From: an uncultured Gemmatimonadales bacterium
Lineage (GTDB): Bacteria > Gemmatimonadota > Gemmatimonadetes > Longimicrobiales > RSA9
NCBI GenBank assembly: GCA_963708135.1
Contig: OY970192.1
Span: 640,001 to 704,000 of the forward strand
Length of the DNA: 64,000 bases
Direction: 5' to 3'
Below, piece by piece: positions 9,275 to 22,600 of this stretch (position 1 is its first letter; the number at the start of each line of letters is the position of its first letter). Below the pieces are notes generated by a model. It searched no databases. It worked only from the letters and a program-made list of their open reading frames with translations, and was not told the origin of the DNA. The position numbers were made by a program, and so were the translations under genes.

Positions 9275-11313
9275 GGTTGCGGCTGCTGCACCGGCGGCTC
9301 GCGCTGGTCATGGCGCTCGCCGCCCTCGTCGCCTTCCTCGCGGGCACCGGGCTGGACGCGCCGGCCGCCGTCCCCGCCCTCGTGGCCCTGGTGGCCGGGC
9401 TCTTCTGGCAGCCGGCGCCGGCGCTCGGGCGGCGGCTCGAGCGCCTCGGCGTCGCACTGGCCGTGGCCCTCGCCGCGCGCGCCACCTATCACGTGGCGGC
9501 GCTGCCCGAGGACGTCGTGATCCCGATGGCCGACCTGCTGCTCCTGCTGCTCGCGATGGAGTCGATCAAGTCGCTCGAGAGCGGGACGGACACGCGCATC
9601 TACGCGCTCAGCTTTGCGCTGCTCATCGCGTCCACGGCCTATCGTCCGGGCGTGCTCTTCGCGCTGGCCTTCATCGCCTACGTGGCGGCCGTCATCCTGG
9701 CACTGATCGTCGGGCAGCTGCGCCGCCAGAGCGAGCGCCATGGCGCGGCCGAGCTGCCCCTGACGCGCGGCTTCCTCCTGCGCATGGCGGCGCTGTCCGG
9801 GCCCGTCGTGGCGATGAGCGCGGTGCTGTTCCTTGCGTTCCCGCGCGTGTCCCGCGGCTGGGCCGCGCGCGTCCATCACGCGGAGACGATCGTCGGCTTC
9901 GACGAGCAGGTCTCCCTCGCCGCCTACGGCAGCCGGATCTACCCGAACCCCGAGATCGTGCTGCGCGTGGAGTTCCCGGACGGAAGGCCCGCCGATCCCG
10001 CTCACCTGTACTGGCGCGGGCGCTCCTACGACCGCTTCGATGGCGTGCGCTGGTCCCGGTCCGCCGACCTGCCGCGGGCGCTCGCCCCGTCGGGGTGGTA
10101 CTGGCAGCGCTGGGGCGGGCCGGTCCAGCGGCAGGACATCTACGCCGTGCCGCTCGAGGCGCAGGTCCTCTTCGGGCTCCACCCGATGGTGCGCCTGGTG
10201 CCGCACGGCCCGATCCGGCCCAGCCTCGACAACGCCGGCGACGTGACGTACGTGGGCAGCGGCGAGCCGGTCTATACCGCCTTCTCCCTCGCCGGGCGGC
10301 CGACGCCGAGCGCCCTTCGCCTCGCCCCCGACGGCGCTCCGCCCGCCGACGGCTATTACCTCCGGCTGCCCGGACTACCCGCGCGAGTCAAGCGGCTCGC
10401 CGACTCGCTCACGGCCGGCGCCAGCGACCGCTACGACCGCGTCGAAGCCGTCCGGAGTTGGCTGCGGACCCGCTTCGGCTACACGCTCGAGCTGCCTCGC
10501 ACGCCGCGCGAGGCGACGCTGGACTACTTCCTCTTCGAGCGCCGCCGCGGCCACTGCGAGTACTTCTCGACCGCTCTCGCGGTGCTGCTGCGCGAGGAGG
10601 GGATCCCGGCCCGGAACGTCAACGGGTTCGCCGGCGGCGAATGGAACCAGCTCGGCGACTACCTCGCCGTGACGCAGAACCATGCCCACTCCTGGGTCGA
10701 GGTCTGGTTCCCCGGCTTCGGGTGGGTCCCCTTCGACGCCACGCCCGCCGCCGCTGGCGCGACCGCGGCCGCCGCAGGCGGCTGGCTCTGGCCGCTGCGC
10801 TTCGGCTTCGATGCGCTCGAGCACCGCTGGGGAAAGTGGGTCCTCGACTACGACCTGGCGGACCAGTTCCGCCTCGTTCGGCGCGCCACCGCGGCGTTCC
10901 GCCGGGCCCCGTCGGACGCGCCGGCGGGCGGCGGCTGGCCGGACAGGCTCCTGCCGTGGGTCCTCGGCGCGGCCGCCGCCCTGGTCCTCTTCTGGGCGCT
11001 CCGCTTCAGGCGACGCGGCCTGCCCGAGGCCTCGCGGCTCTACCTCCGGCTCCGCCGCAGCTACGGCCGGGCGGGCTTCGAAACGGGCGGCCAGGCGACG
11101 CCGCCGCTCGCGTTTCTCGCGCGCCTGAGCGCGGCGGGCGCTCCCGGCCTGCCGAACGCGCGCGTCGCCGTGGGCCTCTATCTGAGGGCGCGCTTCCGCG
11201 GCGACCCGATCGGCGCGGAGGGGCTGGGACGCATGCGGGCGGAGGTTGCGGCCGCGCGGCGCGCGCTCAGGGCCGGACGCCGGGGGGCGGCCGGGGCTCG
11301 CGGCGCGGCGTGA
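9271..11313 (+). CDS. TgpA-like membrane transglutaminase-domain protein (DUF3488 + transglutaminase)
   Basis: Multiple TMs; LYWRG; GHCEYFS...HAHSWVEV...FDATP triad; ATGA overlap with DUF58. Confidence 0.92.
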   Translation: MRLRLLHRRLALVMALAALVAFLAGTGLDAPAAVPALVALVAGLFWQPAPALGRRLERLGVALAVALAARATYHVAALPEDVVIPMADLLLLLLAMESIKSLESGTDTRIYALSFALLIASTAYRPGVLFALAFIAYVAAVILALIVGQLRRQSERHGAAELPLTRGFLLRMAALSGPVVAMSAVLFLAFPRVSRGWAARVHHAETIVGFDEQVSLAAYGSRIYPNPEIVLRVEFPDGRPADPAHLYWRGRSYDRFDGVRWSRSADLPRALAPSGWYWQRWGGPVQRQDIYAVPLEAQVLFGLHPMVRLVPHGPIRPSLDNAGDVTYVGSGEPVYTAFSLAGRPTPSALRLAPDGAPPADGYYLRLPGLPARVKRLADSLTAGASDRYDRVEAVRSWLRTRFGYTLELPRTPREATLDYFLFERRRGHCEYFSTALAVLLREEGIPARNVNGFAGGEWNQLGDYLAVTQNHAHSWVEVWFPGFGWVPFDATPAAAGATAAAAGGWLWPLRFGFDALEHRWGKWVLDYDLADQFRLVRRATAAFRRAPSDAPAGGGWPDRLLPWVLGAAAALVLFWALRFRRRGLPEASRLYLRLRRSYGRAGFETGGQATPPLAFLARLSAAGAPGLPNARVAVGLYLRARFRGDPIGAEGLGRMRAEVAAARRALRAGRRGAAGARGAA

Positions 11314-11380
11314 TCGGCCGCCCGCCCCCGCCGGGCGCTGCTCGGCGGGCGGGCCGGCGGAGGCACGGCGGTGCCGGTCG

Positions 11381-12214
11381 TCAGTTGCCAGCGGGATCCG
11401 CCAGCGGGTCCGTGGTGCGGGGGTGGGTGGGGCGTTCGTCCTGCGGCGGCTTGCGCAGCCGGGGCACGGCCGGGATGCCGAGGGCGACGTCGCCCGAGGC
11501 GATGTCCTTCGTGGCCACGGCCATGGCGCCGAGCATGGAGTCGGGAGCCATGTGAACGCCGGCCAGCACGGTGGCGTGGTAGGTGACGCGGACGCCGTCA
11601 CCGAGCACGGTGGACGGGGTCTGCACGTCCCGGCCATCCGCGAGCGCATGGGTGTGGCTGTAGATGTTCGAGTAGTCGGCGATGGAGACGCGGTGGCCGA
11701 GCACGATCGCCCCCCGATCGTCGAGGAGCACGTGGCGGTGGATCACGACGTCGTCGCCCACCTCCATGTTGTAGCCGAAGGAGAACTTCACGAAGTGGAA
11801 GGCCTTGAAGCTCCGGCCGCAGCGCTTGAAGATGCGGCGGGCGAGCACGCGCCGGAAGCGCACGCCCAGGTGCACGTTCTCCCCGAGCGGGCTCTTGTCG
11901 AACATCTCCCAGAGCCAGAGCAGCGGCTTGACCGGGGCGTAGCGCTCCGGGTCGATGTCCTGATAGTACTCCGGCTCGAGGGTGATCGCGCGGGGATCCA
12001 TCTGCAGCAGGGCGACCCGGGTGGCGCGCGGCAGCTCGCGCGGGTCCGCGTCGCGGTACTGCGGGTAGTAGAGGTCCGTCAGGAGCTGACGGCAGAGCTC
12101 TGCCCGGTCGCACGACGGGTCGGAGAGCGCCTCCTCCAGCTCCCCCAGCCAGCCATCGTACTCACCCGCCGCCGCCGCCGCGACGTCCACCCGCCTCAAA
12201 GGAAGAAACGCCAT
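11381..12214 (-). CDS. Hexapeptide-repeat (LbH) acyltransferase
   Basis: VGDDVVIH, LGHRVSIA, LGDGVRVT, MLGAMAVATKDI...GIPA. Confidence 0.85.
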   Translation of the reverse strand: MAFLPLRRVDVAAAAAGEYDGWLGELEEALSDPSCDRAELCRQLLTDLYYPQYRDADPRELPRATRVALLQMDPRAITLEPEYYQDIDPERYAPVKPLLWLWEMFDKSPLGENVHLGVRFRRVLARRIFKRCGRSFKAFHFVKFSFGYNMEVGDDVVIHRHVLLDDRGAIVLGHRVSIADYSNIYSHTHALADGRDVQTPSTVLGDGVRVTYHATVLAGVHMAPDSMLGAMAVATKDIASGDVALGIPAVPRLRKPPQDERPTHPRTTDPLADPAGN

Positions 12215-12376
12215 GAGCCCCCCGGCGCCCGGAGACGCCGCCGATCAGGTTCTCCTGCCGGCCGCCGGCTCGAACCATAGGCGCGGCGCACCGGCGGTGT
12301 CAAACCACAGAACGCGGCCGCGGGGGTGGTCGGTTCCGGTGGCGCCGGTGCGGCTCGCCCCGCAGATTGGCGGCCC

Positions 12377-16172
<3,796 letters not shown>

Positions 16173-16272
16173 CGCTGCATTGGGTGCCGCGCGGACCCGT
16201 CGGGGGGCACGCGTCTTGCCCCCTTCGCCGGAGTGAAGGCCCACCACAACGCGGACCCGATCCGGACGAGCC

Positions 16273-17394
16273 ATGATCACTCGCGACGACATCCAGCGCC
16301 TGATCCATCGGCAGGGGAGCGGCCGGCCGATCCTGTCGCTCTACCTGGACATGGCGGTCAACTCCGACAACAAGCGGACGTACGGCACTTTTCTCTCGAA
16401 GCGCGAGGCGCGCTCCCTCGACGCCGCCGCGGACCAGGGATGGGACCGTCGCGCCATCGAGGGCGCGTTCGAGCGGGCGCGGGACTGGATCGAGACGCAG
16501 TTCGTCGAATCGAACAAGGGCCTGGCCATCTTCACCGAGCTCGGCGGCGACTGGATCGAGGGGCTGCAGCTCCCGCTCCCCCTGGAGAACCTCGCCGAGA
16601 TCTCCGAGCGACCGATCATCTGGCCCCTGGCTCACGCGGTGGAGGCCTACCCACGCCATGCCGTCCTCGTGGTGGACCGGACCCACATGCGCATGCTCGA
16701 CGTGCAAATGGGCGTGCTGCTGCACGAGCACGAGGTAGACACCGAGCCCTATCCCACGCCCCACGATGTGCACGCCGGCGGCTTCTCCGCCAAGGACTTC
16801 CAGAAACGGAAGGCGGAGGAGGTGCGCCACTTCTTCAAGGCCTTCGCCCTCGAGGCCGCGGAGCTCGAGCGCCGCTACCATCCCGACGACCTGGTCCTCC
16901 TCGGCACCGACCAGACGGTGAAGCAGTTCCGCGAATTCCTGCCCACCTCGCTGCGCGACCGGATCGTCCACACCGGCCACGCACCCGTCGATGCCCCCAC
17001 GCCGGCAATCCTCGAGCGCCTCGCGCCCGTCTTCGAGCAGCTGCGGGCTCGCGCCCAGGCCGCCGCCATCGAGCTGTTCCGGGAACGGGTCCGGGAGGGG
17101 CACCTCGCCGCCGCCGGGCTGCCGCGGACTCTCGAGCTGCTGCAGGAGGGGAAGGTCGCCACGCTCATCGTCACCGGCCGCACCGAGCACGAGGGCGGCC
17201 AGTGCGGTCGCTGCGGTTTCTTCCTCGCTCGCGCGGACGGCGCCTGCCCCTACTGCGGGGGAGAGGTGCGCGACGGGATCGACCTCACCGAGGCCATGAT
17301 CCGGATCGCCGAGGAGCAGGAGGTGGCCATCGAGTTCGCTCCCGCGGACGCGCTGGATGAGGCGGAGGGCGCCGGCGTCCTGCTGAAGTTCTAG
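16273..17394 (+). CDS. Bacterial aeRF1-superfamily (baeRF/Vms1/Balon-like) protein with Zn ribbon
   Basis: LSLYLD, GLAIF, middle-domain loop HAGGFSAKDFQ, LVLLG, GKVATLIV, CGRC...CPYC, C-terminal GAGVLLKF. Confidence 0.85.
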   Translation: MITRDDIQRLIHRQGSGRPILSLYLDMAVNSDNKRTYGTFLSKREARSLDAAADQGWDRRAIEGAFERARDWIETQFVESNKGLAIFTELGGDWIEGLQLPLPLENLAEISERPIIWPLAHAVEAYPRHAVLVVDRTHMRMLDVQMGVLLHEHEVDTEPYPTPHDVHAGGFSAKDFQKRKAEEVRHFFKAFALEAAELERRYHPDDLVLLGTDQTVKQFREFLPTSLRDRIVHTGHAPVDAPTPAILERLAPVFEQLRARAQAAAIELFRERVREGHLAAAGLPRTLELLQEGKVATLIVTGRTEHEGGQCGRCGFFLARADGACPYCGGEVRDGIDLTEAMIRIAEEQEVAIEFAPADALDEAEGAGVLLKF

Positions 17395-17551
17395 TGGACC
17401 GGCGGCGGGGCGGCCGCCGTGTCCGGCGCGTCCGCCTCCCGGCCGGCGGGCGGGCCACGGCCGCCGCGGCGGGCCTCGCGCCGGCGGTCCACCGGGGCGG
17501 CGCCCGGGCGGTCGCGGGAATGTGATCGGGTCGCCCGGCGGATCCCCTTGC

Positions 17552-17581
17552 TTGACAAGGTCCGCCGGCCTTCCTTAGGTT
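17552..17581 (+). promoter_or_regulatory. Putative promoter
   Basis: TTGACA-18 nt-TAGGTT. Confidence 0.55.
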
Positions 17582-17629
17582 GATAGACCCGTATGTCCCG
17601 CATACTCTCCGTCTGACCACCCTCTCAAC

Positions 17630-18277
17630 GTGAGTCACGCTGCCGTGAGCACGCTATCAGCGAGCAAGGCGAGCACGCTGCACGAGTTGCGCGTGCGTCT
17701 GGAGGCGCTGCCCGGGATCGAGCGGGTTCTCATCGACGATGAGCGCGACGGGATCTGGGTCATCGGGGATCCGACCCAGGAGCGCCCGGTGCTGGAGATG
17801 GAGATCCGCGGCGTCCTGTCGCGACTGGGCATCGAGCCCGACGCCGTTCCGGTCGAGCTGACCATGCGCTCGAACAGCGAGCGCAACCGCGTGCGCTTCG
17901 TGGGAGTGGCCCGTGAGATGCTGCCGGACGGCAGCGTCATGATGCGGGTCTCGCTGGAGTGGCAGGGCGAGGTTTTCGTCGGAGAAGAGGTCGGCGAGTC
18001 CGGCGGGCCGATCGAGATGCGGACGGCGGCGGTCGCGGCCGTGAACGCCGTCGAGGCGCTGACCAGCGTCGATCTGGGGCTGCGGCTGATCGGGATCAAG
18101 CAGATCCGGGCCTTCGACCAGGAGATCACGGTCACCTCGATGCTGCGCTCCGGCCAGCCGCCGCAGCGGCTGGTGGGCGCCGTGCTCGCCTCCCGCGACC
18201 CCGCTCGCACCGCGGCGCTGGCCGTTCTGAACGGCCTCAACCGCGTGCTCGGCAACTTCCTCAGCACCAACGGCTGA
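17630..18277 (+). CDS. Hypothetical protein with LeuA-allosteric-like C-terminal domain; paralogue of 46046-46918
   Basis: VSLEWQGEVFVGE...RTAAVAAVNAV...LVGAV...TAALAVLNGLNRVL; start uncertain. Confidence 0.7.
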   Translation: MSHAAVSTLSASKASTLHELRVRLEALPGIERVLIDDERDGIWVIGDPTQERPVLEMEIRGVLSRLGIEPDAVPVELTMRSNSERNRVRFVGVAREMLPDGSVMMRVSLEWQGEVFVGEEVGESGGPIEMRTAAVAAVNAVEALTSVDLGLRLIGIKQIRAFDQEITVTSMLRSGQPPQRLVGAVLASRDPARTAALAVLNGLNRVLGNFLSTNG

Positions 18278-18287
18278 GGTCCCGGAA

Positions 18288-19631
18288 ATGAAACGATCCC
18301 GAGCCGCCGCCGCCGTGGCCCTGTCCGCCCTCGGCGCGTGCGCGCCAGTGCACCCCCCCGTGCTCGCGCCCACGCCGCGCGCGCCCGAAACGCCACCGGC
18401 TCGGGTCGTTGTGACGCCGCCTCCGCCGGTGACGCCCGGGATCGACCCCGCCGACTTCGACCTGCCGGTCGTCGTCAATGCTCCGGTGGAGCAGGCGATC
18501 GAGAGCTTCCTGCGGCACAAACCGACGTTCGAGGGATGGCTCGCCCGGGAAACGCGCTACGGACATCTCATTCGCTCCCGTCTGGCCGCGGCGGGGCTGC
18601 CCGCGGACCTCATCAACCTCGCCCTCATCGAGAGCGGCTTCTCGCCGACTGCCACCTCCTCGGCCGGCGCCGTCGGGATCTGGCAGTTCATGCCCGGCAC
18701 CGCCCGGCTGGAAGGACTCGAGATCTCAACCTACATCGATGAGCGGCGCGACCCCGTGCGCGCGACGGAGGCCGCGGTCCGCCACCTGCGCTCGCTCTAC
18801 CGGCAGTTCGGGAGCTGGTACCTGGCCGCCGCCGCGTACAACTCCGGTTCCGGACGCGTAGAGCGCACGCTCTCAGCGGTGGCCGGAGGCGCCCGCGGAG
18901 AGGACTCGCTCTTCTGGTCGATCGAGAACGCGCTGCCGTCGGAGACCCGAGGGTACGTACCGCAGCTCATCGCGGCGGCGATCCTCAGCCGCTACCCCGA
19001 CCGCTACGGCCTCGCCACGCCGCCGCCCGCGCCACAGGACTACGATACGGTGCGCGTGGACGAGGCGACGGACCTCCCGGTCATCGCCCGGGCCACCGAC
19101 ACGAGCGGCGAGGAGATCCGCGCGCTCAATCCCCGCTTCGTCCTGGGCGTGACGCCGCCCGGGCGCAGCGTCGCGGTCCGCGTCCCGGCCGGCACCGCCG
19201 AGTTCTTCGCCACCGCGCTCGCCCGCATCCCCTCCGAGGCCCGCGTCCACGACCTCGAGTACACGGTCCGCCGTGGCGACACCGCGCCGGCCATCGCCAA
19301 CCGCTACGGCGTCCGCCTGGCCGCCCTCCGCGGCGCCAACCACCTGGAGCGCGGCCGACGGCTTCCCCGGGGACGCCACCTCCTCATCCCGCTCGCCCCC
19401 GCGACCGTGACCGCCGCCCTCGATCGCGAAGCAGTCCGAACGGCGAGCGCCAGGCACCCCGCCTCCGGTGCCGGCCGGAAGGGCGGCTACACCGTCAGGA
19501 CCGGCGACACGCTCTGGGGGATCGCGCACCGCCACGGTACCACCGTGGCGCGGCTTAGGGACTGGAACGACCTGTCAGACGACGCCGTCATCCACCCGGG
19601 GGACCGTCTGAACGTCGGGCCTCCCGGCTGA
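18288..19631 (+). CDS. MltD-like lytic transglycosylase, lipoprotein, 2 LysM
   Basis: Lipobox LGAC; IESGF, GIWQFM, AAYNSG, ETRGYVP; YTVRRGDT and YTVRTGDTLWGIA. Confidence 0.92.
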   Translation: MKRSRAAAAVALSALGACAPVHPPVLAPTPRAPETPPARVVVTPPPPVTPGIDPADFDLPVVVNAPVEQAIESFLRHKPTFEGWLARETRYGHLIRSRLAAAGLPADLINLALIESGFSPTATSSAGAVGIWQFMPGTARLEGLEISTYIDERRDPVRATEAAVRHLRSLYRQFGSWYLAAAAYNSGSGRVERTLSAVAGGARGEDSLFWSIENALPSETRGYVPQLIAAAILSRYPDRYGLATPPPAPQDYDTVRVDEATDLPVIARATDTSGEEIRALNPRFVLGVTPPGRSVAVRVPAGTAEFFATALARIPSEARVHDLEYTVRRGDTAPAIANRYGVRLAALRGANHLERGRRLPRGRHLLIPLAPATVTAALDREAVRTASARHPASGAGRKGGYTVRTGDTLWGIAHRHGTTVARLRDWNDLSDDAVIHPGDRLNVGPPG

Positions 19632-19965
19632 CGAACGCGCGGCTCGGGCCCTCGTGGCCTGCCCCGCGCCGATCGTACCGCCGGGACCGCCGAAGCCGCA
19701 GCACCCTGCCGCAGCCCTCCCCTGTTTCAAGTCGCCGACCTCGACGGCGCACTCCCGGGATCGCACGTCGAGCTCGCCGTGATCCATCCAGCCGCCTCCC
19801 ACCTGCTTCCATCTTCCCCGATGGCGAAGCGCTCGCTTCCGCCCGACGACTCCGTTGTCGATCGCTTCGGCCGGGCGGCTCCGCCGTGGGGTTGACGTGC
19901 GCCCGGCGGGAACGCCGCGCGGGCGGTCCGGGCGCTGCAATCCGGCACATAAGTCTCGTCACCCC

Positions 19966-20000
19966 TTGACGTTAGGCTATAATTCAACTACCTTTGAAAT
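19966..20000 (+). promoter_or_regulatory. Putative promoter with AT-rich inverted repeat over the -10
   Basis: TTGACG-17 nt-TACCTT (19989-19994); AATTCAA-n6-TTGAAAT at 19981-20000; extra TATAAT at 19978-19983. Confidence 0.6.
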
Positions 20001-20206
20001 GCATCCTTGACAACGGAATGATGGAGGGGGTTCGAGTGACCGACCTCGGCGGGTGCCGAGGCGCGACCAGGCGCACGCATGCGCGCCGAGCGGCTGGAGG
20101 CGGCCGCCGGGGCGGGGCTGAAGGACGAGGATGAGGCGGTGGTGCGCGGGTCTCTTCGGGGACGGGTCGCGGGTCCGGTTCATCAATCCCGGAAAGAAGG
20201 GGGACC

Positions 20207-21337
20207 ATGAACGGACGGAAGAATGTACGAGCGCTGGTGCTGGGATTGGTGGTGTCGACGCTGGGGCTGCTGACGGCGTGGGCCGTGAACCGTCCGCCTG
20301 ATGTGGCTGCGGCCGGGGCTGGATCGGCTGAGGTGGGCTCGTCCTCGGCGGCGACGACGGCGTCGTCGTCGGCGGAGGTGACGTGGGACCTGCCGGTGAC
20401 GTGGAACGACCGCGTGGGGCACTGGGTGGACTTCCTGTCGGGCGAGAAGCACGACCGGACGAAGCGGTGGCTGGAGCGGTCGGGGAAGTACGTGCCGATG
20501 ATCCGCAGGGAGCTGGCGGCGCGGGGAATGCCGCAGGACCTGATCTACCTGGCATTCATCGAGAGCGGGTACTCGCCGAACGCGTACTCGAGCGCGAAGG
20601 CGGCGGGGCTGTGGCAGTTCATCGCGGAGACGGGGCGGCGCTACGGTCTGACGGTGAACAGCTACGTGGACGAGCGGCGCGACCCCGTGAAGGCCACGGG
20701 TGCGGCGCTGGACTTCCTGCAGAAGCTGCACGACCGGTTCGGGAGCTGGTACCTGGCGGCGGCCGCGTACAACACGGGGCCGAACCGGGTGGCGCGCGTA
20801 CTGGATGAGCACGCCGGCGGGGCGCGTGGCAGCGACTCTCTGTACTGGAAGATCGCGCCGTACCTGCCGCAGGAGACGCGGGACTACGTTCCGCTCATGC
20901 TCGCGGCGGGGCACATCGGCAAGCAGCCGGCGAAGTACGGCTTCGATGACGTGGAGTACGCGCAGGCGCTCAGCTACGACTCGGTGCGGGTGCCCGGTCG
21001 CGTGGCGCTCTCGACGGTGGCGAAGGCGGCGGGGGTGTCGAAGGACTCGGTCGAGGGGCTGAATCCGGAACTGGTGCGGGGTGTCACGCCGCCGGAGGGG
21101 TACGAGGTAAGACTCCCGCGCGGCACGGAGCGGCTGTACGCGGTGCGCTTCCCCGCGCTCCAGCGGACGGTCCGGCTGGCCGCAGCGCGGACACAGTACC
21201 ATCGCGTGCGTCGGGGCGACACGCTCTCGGAGCTGGCCCAGGACTACTCGGTGACGGTCACCGATCTGCGCCGCTGGAACGATCTGGGCAACAGCAGCCG
21301 GATCCTCGTCGGGCAGCGGCTGCGCGTCGGCGCCTGA
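20207..21337 (+). CDS. MltD-like lytic transglycosylase with C-terminal LysM
   Basis: Signal/TM; IESGY, GLWQFI, AAYNTG, ETRDYVP; HRVRRGDTLSELA. Confidence 0.92.
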   Translation: MNGRKNVRALVLGLVVSTLGLLTAWAVNRPPDVAAAGAGSAEVGSSSAATTASSSAEVTWDLPVTWNDRVGHWVDFLSGEKHDRTKRWLERSGKYVPMIRRELAARGMPQDLIYLAFIESGYSPNAYSSAKAAGLWQFIAETGRRYGLTVNSYVDERRDPVKATGAALDFLQKLHDRFGSWYLAAAAYNTGPNRVARVLDEHAGGARGSDSLYWKIAPYLPQETRDYVPLMLAAGHIGKQPAKYGFDDVEYAQALSYDSVRVPGRVALSTVAKAAGVSKDSVEGLNPELVRGVTPPEGYEVRLPRGTERLYAVRFPALQRTVRLAAARTQYHRVRRGDTLSELAQDYSVTVTDLRRWNDLGNSSRILVGQRLRVGA

Positions 21338-21478
21338 TCCGCGAGCGAAGCCGCGCGCGCGGCGCCGAGCCCATGCGGTGCGCGCGCGCGTGAATGACCC
21401 GGCCGCGCCGCCACGACCGTGGTGGCGCGGCTCGTGCATTTCGCCTCCGCGCACCGTCCCCGGACCAGGAGTGAGAGC

Positions 21479-21700
21479 ATGCACTGGGTGAAGGTCACCA
21501 AGCCGCGCTACGAGCAGTCACGCCGCTACGCGCAGCAGGTCGGAGAGGTGATCGGTACGTGGGGACCCGACAACAGCGCCGCCGGCCGCAAGGGATACCT
21601 CGTGGAGTTCGCGGACGGCGAGGTGGTCGGGGTCACGGATGAGGAGCTCGACGTGGTCGACAACCCGGGGCTCGGCGCGGGCGAGACGGGCCCCATCTGA
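21479..21700 (+). CDS. Small hypothetical protein (73 aa), SH3/KOW-like beta pattern
   Basis: AGGAG RBS; WVKVT...VGEVIG...YLVEFADGEVVGVTDEELDVV. Confidence 0.65.
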   Translation: MHWVKVTKPRYEQSRRYAQQVGEVIGTWGPDNSAAGRKGYLVEFADGEVVGVTDEELDVVDNPGLGAGETGPI

Positions 21701-21805
21701 TACGACGCCATACCCGCGGCCACGCGAAAGGCCCGCACCGCCCGGACCGGCGGCGCGGGCCTCTCGCGTGTTTCGGCTGGAACGCGCCCCGCCTCGCTCC
21801 CTCCT

Positions 21806-22555
21806 CTATCGGCCGCCGCCGCGCGCGCCGAGGATGGCACGCGCATAGCCGTTGCCCGGGTTGCCGCCGGCCTTCCGGATGGCGTCCACCGTGGCCGGTC
21901 CGCGATTGTAGGCCAGCAGCGCGAGTCGCAGGTCGCCATCGTAGGACCGGATCAGGTCACGCAGGTAGGCGAAGCCGAGCCGCAGGTTCGTCCCCTGCTC
22001 GAAGAGATCGTCGCGCGAGAGCCTGGGGTCGAGCAGCCGCGCCGTGCTCGGCATGAGCTGCGTCAGGCCGACCGCACCTTTCGGGCTCACCGCCGTGCGC
22101 GTGAAGTCGCTCTCCAGGCTCACCAGCCGGAAGGCAATGTCCGGCTGGATCCCCTCCGACAGCGCGATGTCGTAGATCTCCGACGCCAGGTCCGCCGGAA
22201 TGTGGTAGCGCGCCGAGTTCTGCATCACCGTGTTCAGCCGCGCCATCTCGAGCCGCACCAGCTCCAGCTCCCCCTCGCGGGCGTCCAGCGCGTTCTGCGT
22301 GTGCTGCAGCCGCTCGCGCAACTCCCAGTTCGTCACCCGCGTATCCGGGCCCGTGGTCAGGAAGCCGCCCAGCGTGAACGCCACTGCCCCGAGCAACACC
22401 ATCTGCAGCGGTCGCCGCCAACTCATCCAGAACGCCACCAGCCGCCGGCGCCACGGACTCATCCAGCCGTACTCCCACTGCCAGATGACCGACGGAAGCT
22501 CCTCCGTCAGCCGCTCGCCGCGCGCATCGATGTATTCCGAAGCCCTGGAGGGCAT
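21806..22555 (-). CDS. SLT-domain lytic transglycosylase with TM anchor and coiled coil
   Basis: [29 protein letters not shown]. Confidence 0.9.
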   Translation of the reverse strand: MPSRASEYIDARGERLTEELPSVIWQWEYGWMSPWRRRLVAFWMSWRRPLQMVLLGAVAFTLGGFLTTGPDTRVTNWELRERLQHTQNALDAREGELELVRLEMARLNTVMQNSARYHIPADLASEIYDIALSEGIQPDIAFRLVSLESDFTRTAVSPKGAVGLTQLMPSTARLLDPRLSRDDLFEQGTNLRLGFAYLRDLIRSYDGDLRLALLAYNRGPATVDAIRKAGGNPGNGYARAILGARGGGR

Positions 22556-22600
22556 GTCGGCTCTCCGCGTTCGAGTCCCGTTCGCACGACCGGCTCCGCT

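Noticed and set aside
19632..19960. Short ORFs in the inter-transglycosylase spacer
   Set aside because: No RBS, atypical codon usage and no recognisable motif
20025..20045. GGTTCGAGT resembling a tRNA T-loop
   Set aside because: No complementary T-stem and no cloverleaf
20001..20206. c-di-AMP (ydaO) riboswitch, common before cell-wall hydrolases
   Set aside because: Conserved GCUGAAUC and CCCGUCAGCUAAC-like segments not found
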